Shown here: positions 57,187 through 64,000 of the stretch, piece by piece
How positions within the stretch are numbered: the first letter of the stretch is position 1
Layout of the letters: each line of letters starts with the position of its first letter
IMG/VR virus record: IMGVR_UViG_3300047160_022640
Location: 1-64,000 of that record
DNA length: 64,000 bases
Origin: a virus
Lineage: Duplodnaviria; Caudoviricetes
Strand: one strand, 5' to 3'
Program-made: the position numbers and the translations under genes
Notes under the pieces: generated by a model
Told to the model about the DNA's origin: nothing
Database searches by the model: none
What the model saw: the letters and a program-made list of their open reading frames with translations, nothing else

Positions 57187-57342
57187 ATGCCGCGCTGGTT
57201 CCCCTACGCCATGGTCGCCTCGCTCGTCGTCGCTATCGGCGCTGGTGTTCGTTCCGGGTGGAAGACATCCGCGGATCAGCCGAAACCACCTCCACCTCCA
57301 CCGCCCCCGAGCAACGCCCTGAGCGATTGGTTTGGCGCGTAA
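57187..57342 (+). CDS. small membrane protein
   Basis: MPRWFPYAMVASLVVAIGAGV followed by poly-Pro. Confidence 0.6.
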   Translation: MPRWFPYAMVASLVVAIGAGVRSGWKTSADQPKPPPPPPPPSNALSDWFGA

Positions 57343-57399
57343 ATCGCAGAATCAGCCGCTCTGGCCCTGACCACGGGGCTCTTTGCCGGGAGGGCGAAC

Positions 57400-57672
57400 G
57401 TGATTCGAGACGAACTGTTACTAGACGCTGAGCATCTGATCGAAGCTTTCAATGGGGCGAAAACGGTTACCGAGGCGAAAGAGCACTACCTCGCGTTGAC
57501 CAAGCGCCTGATCCCGCACATTTACACCGAAAGCCCGGCACTCGGCGCCGCCGTCAAGCGGAAACTCCGTCGAGCTATCGACCGAAGAATCGCGCGGGCC
57601 GGGGGCGCGGTATCCTATTGCCGTGGCGCACGAGGACGATCGGAGCTCGAAGGAGCCGACGACTGTCGATGA
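57400..57672 (+). CDS. hypothetical protein
   Basis: GGAGG SD, helical. Confidence 0.55.
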   Translation: MIRDELLLDAEHLIEAFNGAKTVTEAKEHYLALTKRLIPHIYTESPALGAAVKRKLRRAIDRRIARAGGAVSYCRGARGRSELEGADDCR

Positions 57673-57859
57673 GACGCGTGCGGCGCGCTACCGGCGGGAG
57701 CACGGCGAGTTTCTCGAGCACAGTCTTCGTCCGCTTCCGCCGCTATCGCCACCGCCGCCCCCGCGCGCGAACGGATGGTTCGCGCGCATGCTCTGGTTTC
57801 TCGTTGTGGTCTATGGAACCTTCATGGGTATCCGGTGGCTGGCTCAGAGACTCTTCTAG
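57623..57859 (+). CDS. small membrane protein
   Basis: C-terminal TM MLWFLVVVYGTFMGIRW. Confidence 0.5.
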   Translation: MAHEDDRSSKEPTTVDETRAARYRREHGEFLEHSLRPLPPLSPPPPPRANGWFARMLWFLVVVYGTFMGIRWLAQRLF

Positions 57860-58458
57860 TCCGTACCCTGTTCCGCCAAACCGATGCCGGTGACCAAGAA
57901 GTCGTTGCCGAAGTCGCATAGCACGCTCATCGCACCGCCGTTGAAGGTGCCGAGACTGCCGTCCGGCTCATGCAAAAGCGTAGGGAACGCCAGGTTGAAT
58001 GTGACCGGCGTTCCCGACGGGCGCGTTGGACTGTACTGAAGCGTCGATGTCGTTCCACCGATATCTACCGGCGCACCGACCGATGTCGTTGGAGTTTCTA
58101 CCATGTTCAAGAAACACGAGATGTGACCGTAGTTCCACCCGCTCGGACCGGTGCCGTTCTGCATGGCGTAGATGGTGACCGACAGCGGCATCGTTAAGAG
58201 ATGATCGCGTGAGATCGACCACTGAAACTCGCAGTGATCTGTCGCTCCGTGTTGGCTCTGCGGTATGCCGACGATGTTCCCGCGAAAGACGGGGATCGGA
58301 CCTCCGTTGGCAAAGACGCACGAGTTTATTTTCGCGCTACCGCCAGAGAACGTCTTGGAGTCAACAACGAGCTGCGCGCCGGCGCGACGTCCGTGTATCG
58401 CCAACAAAGCGATCCCAACAACAGTGAGCAGAAGAATCGAACTGATTTTTTTGATCAT
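57856..58458 (-). CDS. secreted beta-rich protein
   Basis: Signal peptide MIKKISSILLLTVVGIALLAIHGRRAGA; four Cys. Confidence 0.7.
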   Translation of the reverse strand: MIKKISSILLLTVVGIALLAIHGRRAGAQLVVDSKTFSGGSAKINSCVFANGGPIPVFRGNIVGIPQSQHGATDHCEFQWSISRDHLLTMPLSVTIYAMQNGTGPSGWNYGHISCFLNMVETPTTSVGAPVDIGGTTSTLQYSPTRPSGTPVTFNLAFPTLLHEPDGSLGTFNGGAMSVLCDFGNDFLVTGIGLAEQGTD

Positions 58459-58489
58459 TGACCGTCCCTTTTGTAGTCGCTCATTAGCC

Positions 58490-58726
58490 TCAGATCTCAC
58501 CGAACAGATCTTCGCCGTTGACTTTCTCGACCGTCTGCGGCGCCGGCGGCGGCGTATGCGTCGCACTCGACCGCTCGGTAGTCGGCGGCGGCGGCTCCGA
58601 CGGCGGCGTTGAGGGGCGCGGCTGCTCTGCTGTACGCAGCCGCTGAGAGCACGCGGGGCAGTATCCCGCGGTGTTGACGCCTTTGATGTGATGGCAGCCT
58701 TTGCAAGGCATTCTTCGTGCGGACAT
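58490..58726 (-). CDS. small Zn-finger protein
   Basis: CKGC...CPAC. Confidence 0.55.
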   Translation of the reverse strand: MSARRMPCKGCHHIKGVNTAGYCPACSQRLRTAEQPRPSTPPSEPPPPTTERSSATHTPPPAPQTVEKVNGEDLFGEI

Positions 58727-58729
58727 GTT

Positions 58730-59002
58730 TCAGATCCCTTTCTGTAGCGCACAGATACGGCTAGGCACATTGAATGACGTGCCGATCTTGATCGCACCAG
58801 CTTGTTCTTCTTGCGCGAAGTAGACCATCGCGCGCGGATTGCTATGCTGACGGGCTACTTCGATTTGCCAGTCCTCTTTTCTGTCAAGCCATTCCTGAAC
58901 TAACTGACGCTTGATATCTCGAGATCCTTCAAAGCACGGATCATCCGTACCGCCTCGACGCATGGCTTCCTCGTTGAGCCAGAGAACAAAATCAGTGTTC
59001 AC
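58730..59002 (-). CDS. truncated T5orf172/GIY-YIG-like protein
   Basis: VYFAQ...AIKIGTS...RICALQ, then stop early in the domain. Confidence 0.55.
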   Translation of the reverse strand: MNTDFVLWLNEEAMRRGGTDDPCFEGSRDIKRQLVQEWLDRKEDWQIEVARQHSNPRAMVYFAQEEQAGAIKIGTSFNVPSRICALQKGI

Positions 59003-60087
59003 GACTCTGATGCCTTTTTTCGGTTTGCGAGCGCCTCGTCGAGCAGTCCGCGTCCTGCCGATTCTTCGATGAGCCCTGCGCGCCGAACATAACCAAGTAA
59101 CTCTTTCGTGCCGTTGTGTCCGGTCGACTGCATGATGTCGGGTACCTTGCGCCCTAGCTTGTAGGCGCTAGTGACAAATCCGCTTCGCAACGAGTGACCT
59201 CCGAAATTCGCAGGATCCAATCCGAGCAATGCGACATAGTGCTGCACGCGTCGCGATACTCCCTCAGGGGCTAGCCCTCGCTCTGCGATCTCGCCGCTGT
59301 GCATGTCGACACCTCGAAACACTGGGCCTCGGTCGATCTTCGATACGGCGAACCATCTCCGAAGCGCTGCAACAGGGCAGTACCGCGTGTCCGTCGCAGG
59401 CGTGAGCGCAACGCGCAATGTCTTCCCTGTCTGATCGGCTTTGCTGCGCGGAATCGTCCAAATGAACGCGCCGCCCGGCTCGGCGACGTACTGAAAGTGC
59501 TCAACGTGTGCTCCAGCAATCTCGCTTCGCCGGCGTCCGCCGCCTTGCCACCCGACGAGAAGCATTGCGCGATCGCGAATCCCGCGAACATCATCACTTA
59601 TCAGGTCGCACACGCGAAATAGAAGTCCCTCTCCCGTGATCCCTAGATCATGCTTCTGCCGCTTCGGCGCGGTACCCTTGAGTCGCGCTAGCGTATCACG
59701 ATGTTCGGTGATAAGCGGTTCATGCCAGGGACTTACGTGTCCTGCCGCACGATGGCTTCTGCATATCGCCGACAAGGTACGGATCAACGCACTGTACCCG
59801 AACGGTCCCTTCGGCTTTCCTCGTTTTAGATCAGCCGGATCGCGCCCCTTGTCCGCGAGCTCCTGCAAGTAGGCGCGGATGGCCTTTGGGGGCGCCGGGA
59901 GCGGCTCAAGCCCATGACGAGCACACCAGGAGGCGAAACAGGCCAACTCGAGCTCGTAGGCTCGCCTAGTGTTCGGCGGGATAACTTCTTCGGCCGCCTC
60001 CTCTGCACGCCGATCAAGCGCAACGAGCTCTCCCTGCGCGCGCGCTAGCGCGTGCTCCTCGTGTTTGGATATCTGCTTATCAGTCAT
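58999..60087 (-). CDS. Cre-like tyrosine recombinase
   Basis: NTRRAY, RDRAMLL, RRSE, SKADQ, HSLRSG, TGH and catalytic Y in LLGYVR. Confidence 0.92.
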   Translation of the reverse strand: MTDKQISKHEEHALARAQGELVALDRRAEEAAEEVIPPNTRRAYELELACFASWCARHGLEPLPAPPKAIRAYLQELADKGRDPADLKRGKPKGPFGYSALIRTLSAICRSHRAAGHVSPWHEPLITEHRDTLARLKGTAPKRQKHDLGITGEGLLFRVCDLISDDVRGIRDRAMLLVGWQGGGRRRSEIAGAHVEHFQYVAEPGGAFIWTIPRSKADQTGKTLRVALTPATDTRYCPVAALRRWFAVSKIDRGPVFRGVDMHSGEIAERGLAPEGVSRRVQHYVALLGLDPANFGGHSLRSGFVTSAYKLGRKVPDIMQSTGHNGTKELLGYVRRAGLIEESAGRGLLDEALANRKKASES

Positions 60088-60333
60088 CGGTGACCAAGAA
60101 CCACGACATCGAGCGGCGCGCTCGGCGTCGACACAGTACCTTGTCCGAGAATACGCACTACGGGCGACGGCGCCCACTGTAGAGCGCGCGCAAGCGCGAA
60201 GAGGGCCCGCAAGTTCTTTCTACGCTGACGAGCGAGACGACGGCGGCCAGATCGCGGCATCGCAAAATACGCTGTTTTCGAGGCTGTGCTGCATATCTGA
60301 TCTATTACATATACACGGTAAACGCCTTACAGT

Positions 60334-60358
60334 GCGTGATAAGAATACCTTATCACGC
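60334..60358. other. palindromic candidate recombinase crossover site
   Basis: GCGTGATAAG-AATAC-CTTATCACGC, 247 bp upstream of the recombinase start. Confidence 0.6.
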
Positions 60359-60515
60359 CCTTCTCTCGCGGGTCAAGATACAGCCGAGTGACGTTGTGAA
60401 TCACGCCGGTATTCACGCACCCGTGCAGGCGTCTACCAGGTCAACGCTAGGCACTCACCGGGCGCGCCCCCGGCACCGCGCAAGGACCGGTGCCACCCGT
60501 GTTATTCTGGGCTCT

Positions 60516-61670
60516 ATGGCGAGCCAAATCATTCTCGCGTGGCGAATGTCTGTGGGCGGCAGCTCTTTCGGGTCTGCGCAAGCAGTTACTGCGCTCGGCG
60601 CGGTGCCTCTCTACGAAAATTTGTCAGCGGATCCAATCTTAGGACAACTGCTCGGACTCACGGTGGCGAGCGACGCTACCGTCGACCTCGGTGGCGGCGT
60701 CGTTCAACGAACGTTGACGCTCAACATGGCATCGCCGCAAGCCGCGCCGCCCGCGTTTCCCTGCCGACCGGTCTCGTCGACACCGCCTGAGCTCCCACTT
60801 CCGCTTCGCAAGGCCATCGCGCTTCCTGGTTCGTTTTTCGTGCAGCAGGGATCGGTGAACATCGCAACGACGATGACTCAGCTCCCGTCGATTCCTCCGA
60901 ACAGCTACATCCAGTTCCTTTCTCAGCTCGGTGTCTTCTACCAAGTACTAGCAGTCGGCTCCACGTCGATCTTGCTTGCCACCCCATACTCCGGAGCGAC
61001 GACGAACACCGGTGCGAACAAGGAAGTAGCAACCCCAGTCACGAAAGCCGCAATCTACTCGACCTCGCCACTCGACACGAATGGCGTCGCAACGTCGCCA
61101 TCGATCCCCGCGGGACCTGGCGCGCAGAACATCATTCTGTCCTACAAAGACTCGACTGGCGCAGGGCCTTTCACGATGACCATCAACCTCACCGGCAAAC
61201 GTCCGGCGCAATTCGCACTCGTTGGCGGGAGCGTCGACATCGCCGAGATCGACTCTTTCGGAGTCGGCGGCGTCGGGAGCTTCGGCAATAGCGTGGGGCA
61301 GATCACGCTGGTCGAACTCACGAGCGATCTCCCGGCGATTCTTTCGAATCGCACTGCGGACGACTTCCCGGCACTGACCGACGAAGCGCAGATGCTGATC
61401 AAAAACCCGCTCGTGTATTTGCCGCCGAGTTATTTCGCGCTCGCTCAACAAGGCAATGCGCAAACACCCTCGCCGACACCTCCGACGAGCGCGCAGCTCT
61501 CATCGCTCATCGGACAGTTCGTCGCGCCGGAAGTTGCGATGCCGCCCCTGAAACCGCCACTCAATCCGTCGACGGTGCCGATTCCGACCTTCTTGAGTGG
61601 GTTCTTCACGCAAACGCTCCAGCTCGCACTCGCGGTGCCTGTAGCGCCGCAACCGATTGCGTTCGCGTGA
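60516..61670 (+). CDS. beta-rich virion structural protein
   Basis: ATG 60516 after TGT-TATTCT; contains a fibre-N-terminus-like segment (GSFFVQQGS...YQVLAVGSTSILLATPYSG). Confidence 0.65.
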   Translation: MASQIILAWRMSVGGSSFGSAQAVTALGAVPLYENLSADPILGQLLGLTVASDATVDLGGGVVQRTLTLNMASPQAAPPAFPCRPVSSTPPELPLPLRKAIALPGSFFVQQGSVNIATTMTQLPSIPPNSYIQFLSQLGVFYQVLAVGSTSILLATPYSGATTNTGANKEVATPVTKAAIYSTSPLDTNGVATSPSIPAGPGAQNIILSYKDSTGAGPFTMTINLTGKRPAQFALVGGSVDIAEIDSFGVGGVGSFGNSVGQITLVELTSDLPAILSNRTADDFPALTDEAQMLIKNPLVYLPPSYFALAQQGNAQTPSPTPPTSAQLSSLIGQFVAPEVAMPPLKPPLNPSTVPIPTFLSGFFTQTLQLALAVPVAPQPIAFA

Positions 61671-61721
61671 TGCGCGACCGGCTGCTCGAAGCTGCCTATC
61701 GCTCAAGGCTATGCGCGGCGC

Positions 61722-62204
61722 CTAGAGAGTTCTGGTTCGAGTTGGATGCTCGAGCACGAGAACACGAACAAGGTACGCCCCGCCATCCAGCGTTACATTC
61801 TCCATATCCGCTGTCCCTCGACCGCCGGGGAAAGCCGCCGTCCCATCGGGATCGAATCCCTTGAACATGCGACGGTTGCGTAGCGGTCCCGCAGCGAGTC
61901 CTTCAGTCTGCCAGAGCGCTGCATAACGCGCGCAGGGGACGTTGTTCTCTTTCGCCCACTCACGCGCAAGCGCGTCGGCGCCATCTGCGTCGCCTTGAGC
62001 GATCTCTCTAGGTTTGAGGATACCCATCACTTCGAAGAAAACGCGCCGCTCGCGCTCGACACGCTTATCGTCTTCGCGATCCGCTTCGAGGCTCGGGTAA
62101 CGCCCGATCTTTTTTCCGTACATGCGGCCGCCGCACACGATGAGACGATCACCGACGGGCGCCTCGTGAAAACGCAGTATTCGCCCTGGCTTAGATACTC
62201 TCAC
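61722..62204 (-). CDS. YspA/DUF2493 SLOG-family protein
   Basis: LIVCGGR, GDADGADALAREWA, AGPLRNRRM, AFPGGRGTADM. Confidence 0.85.
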   Translation of the reverse strand: MRVSKPGRILRFHEAPVGDRLIVCGGRMYGKKIGRYPSLEADREDDKRVERERRVFFEVMGILKPREIAQGDADGADALAREWAKENNVPCARYAALWQTEGLAAGPLRNRRMFKGFDPDGTAAFPGGRGTADMENVTLDGGAYLVRVLVLEHPTRTRTL

Positions 62205-62610
62205 TGAGAATGTCTCGCGCTTTCTTGCACGCCGATAGCTCGGAACGTAGTTGATTGATTGTCTGAGTGTCGTCGTCGATGCGATTGTCCTTCGACGCAC
62301 AAGCCGCGTGCGCTGTCGCGAGCTCCTTGCGTAGCGCCTCGTACCGTTCCTCGGCGCCCCATCTTGCGGAGTATAGATTGACGACGTCCTCGTACGCCTG
62401 CGACCACCCGTAATCGTCACGATCAGCACCGTTGCCGTAAGCGTGACAGCCTTGTGCTGCGACGCTGCACCCAGCAAGCTGCACACGAAGTTGTTCGGCT
62501 TCCGCTTCTGCTTTCTCTGCGCGCTCTCGAAGTCGTACGTTAGCGACCTGAATAACGAGCGTCTTCTTAAGTATCGCCCAAGCTAATGAGAATTTTCGCT
62601 TTTCAAACAT
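62191..62610 (-). CDS. coiled-coil phage protein
   Basis: LRVQLAGCSVAA...WSQAYEDV motif. Confidence 0.65.
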   Translation of the reverse strand: MFEKRKFSLAWAILKKTLVIQVANVRLRERAEKAEAEAEQLRVQLAGCSVAAQGCHAYGNGADRDDYGWSQAYEDVVNLYSARWGAEERYEALRKELATAHAACASKDNRIDDDTQTINQLRSELSACKKARDILSESI

Positions 62611-63446
62611 CACCAGTTCCCTTTCGCGCGAATCAACAGCTCTCCTACCTTCCCTCGTTTGCCCCCATTCGAATTGATCGCCCGTCGCGCCTGAACCTCT
62701 TCGATCAAAAACCCTTCGTATAACTCGCGCACGAACGGCGTGTCGGCGTTCGAGAGCAACACATGCACTCCGCGAGCGACGAGCTTCTCGGCGCAATTCC
62801 GAAGGCGCTCGTGGTCTTCTAGACTGAAACCGCTCTTCGAGTAGGCGGTGAAATTCGACGTGCTAGAGAGCGGTACATACGGAGGATCCATGTAAACCGC
62901 GTCGCCGCGTTTGGCGGTGCGCACGCATTCCTCGAAATCGCAGGCACCCATATCGACGTCTTTTTTCAACACCAGTGCAGCAGCGCGCAACGCTTCTTCG
63001 TCGCAGATCGGCGGATTCACATAGTCACCGAACGGAACATTGAATTCGCCCTTCTTGTTCACACGGTAGAGCCCGTTGAAGCAGGTCTTGTTCAAGTAGA
63101 TCAAGCGAGCTGCAAGAACGATCACGTCGACACCGAGAATACGATCGGCCACCTGCCGTCCGCGCACCGAGTAGAAGAATTTCTCGCTGTGCTCCGCCGT
63201 GAGCCCGCGAAGCGCCTCGATGACCTTCTCCGGTTTTCGCGCGAGCGTCTGATACGTGAGCATGAGCTCCGCGTTCGACTCTCCGAGAAAAGCGCGCTTG
63301 AATCGACCAGTGTCGGCGAGCGCAAAGAAGACGGCGCCGCCTCCGAGGAAAGGCTCGTAGTAGTCGTTGAACGTCTCGGGGAGGCGCGGGAGGATCTCCG
63401 AGAGCAATCCGGACTTCCCGCCTGCCCATTTCAAGATCGGTTTCAC
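62610..63446 (-). CDS. dam: Dam-like (D12 class) DNA adenine methyltransferase
   Basis: LKWAGGK, YEPFLGGGAVF, LNKTCFNGLYRVN, YMDPPY, LSN, RAIN. Confidence 0.92.
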   Translation of the reverse strand: MKPILKWAGGKSGLLSEILPRLPETFNDYYEPFLGGGAVFFALADTGRFKRAFLGESNAELMLTYQTLARKPEKVIEALRGLTAEHSEKFFYSVRGRQVADRILGVDVIVLAARLIYLNKTCFNGLYRVNKKGEFNVPFGDYVNPPICDEEALRAAALVLKKDVDMGACDFEECVRTAKRGDAVYMDPPYVPLSSTSNFTAYSKSGFSLEDHERLRNCAEKLVARGVHVLLSNADTPFVRELYEGFLIEEVQARRAINSNGGKRGKVGELLIRAKGNW

Positions 63447-63465
63447 AGGTTATCACCGATCCTTT

Positions 63466-63681
63466 TCATTCTACCGGCTCCTTCGGTTTAGGTCCCCGCT
63501 TCTGCATCTCGTACGGCGCCGTCATCGCGATGTACGACTCGAACCGTCGATAGAGCCCGCGAAGCTTCGGACCCAGCTTCGAGTGCGGCAGATCACCGAT
63601 CTCTTCGTAGAGCACGTTCACCTCGGCGAGCGTGAGCTCGAGCTTCATCTTGAATTCCGTCATCGGAACATCAACCTCCAC
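63466..63681 (-). CDS. hypothetical protein
   Basis: 71 aa in the minus-strand run. Confidence 0.55.
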   Translation of the reverse strand: MEVDVPMTEFKMKLELTLAEVNVLYEEIGDLPHSKLGPKLRGLYRRFESYIAMTAPYEMQKRGPKPKEPVE

Positions 63682-63905
63682 CCTTCATGTAGTCGATTGA
63701 TCGTCATAACCGTTTCGGCGGCCGCATGTCCGTTGCTGAGCTTCACAAGGAGCTCGTTCATCCCGAGCGTGTACTTACGACCTTGCTCTACGACGATACC
63801 GGGACCGACACCGATGATGAGTCCGCGGCACCAATGCGTGCGCTTGTCATTGTCGCTGTTCTGGCGGAGGACTTCTACGAACTTGCCGCGTTCAGGAAGA
63901 TTCAT
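63660..63905 (-). CDS. hypothetical protein (SH3/KOW-like beta)
   Basis: GKFVEV...GLII.VG...LLVKL. Confidence 0.55.
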   Translation of the reverse strand: MNLPERGKFVEVLRQNSDNDKRTHWCRGLIIGVGPGIVVEQGRKYTLGMNELLVKLSNGHAAAETVMTINRLHEGWRLMFR

Positions 63906-63939
63906 GCGCGCGATACCCGAGAATGTCGTGCTCCCGTAA

Positions 63940-64000
63940 TCACTTCCCCTTCTCGTGTAACCGCTTCGCCTCTTTCTCTACCTGTTCGATACGCGCAGTC
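63940..64000 (-). CDS. 3' end of a gene entering from the right edge
   Basis: ...RIEQVEKEAKRLHEKGK*. Confidence 0.4.
   Translation of the reverse strand, partial: TARIEQVEKEAKRLHEKGK

Noticed and set aside
61667-61864. 65-aa ORF coupled to the 60516 gene
   Set aside because: It overlaps the SLOG gene on the opposite strand by about 140 nt and has no motif; unsupported.

Overview
The whole window looks like one GC-rich (roughly 60-65%, by eye) bacterial virus or plasmid-prophage genome segment. It has no host housekeeping genes, rRNA, tRNA or CRISPR array. Myxobacteria-style lipoproteins point to a Myxococcota host (inference). Layout: (1) 1-8.6 kb, early/accessory genes: RHH regulator, GIY-YIG and HNH nucleases, UvrD-like helicase, Cys-rich lipoproteins and a PHM/DBH-type copper monooxygenase lipoprotein. 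(2) 8.6-13.5 kb, lysis-like and small membrane genes: DUF1906 hydrolase, zincin, holin-like proteins. (3) 13.6-27.6 kb, morphogenesis: GroES-like, JAB, LysM/PG-binding tail-anchored proteins, a transglutaminase-fold Cys enzyme with an intein directly before its catalytic Cys, a protamine-like Arg-rich membrane protein, and three beta-rich capsid candidates. (4) 27.6-57.3 kb, six Thr-rich collagen-like fibre genes plus GH16, LamG and GH99-like spike genes. These surround a 7.5 kb glycosylation cluster (methyltransferase-HtrL, intein-split B12 radical SAM, GT-A, HtrL-GT2-TPR-propeller), followed by a membrane-anchored lytic transglycosylase. (5) 57.4-64 kb: Cre-like recombinase with a candidate crossover palindrome, SLOG protein, Dam. 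I recognise no terminase, portal, HK97 capsid, sheath, tube or baseplate in about 44 kb of structural genes. My best reading is a large, tailless, internal-membrane virus with (single) jelly-roll capsid proteins, a protease-matured core and self-glycosylated collagen fibres. All family calls are motif recognition by eye with no database search, and the packaging ATPase that would confirm the class is not in this window.
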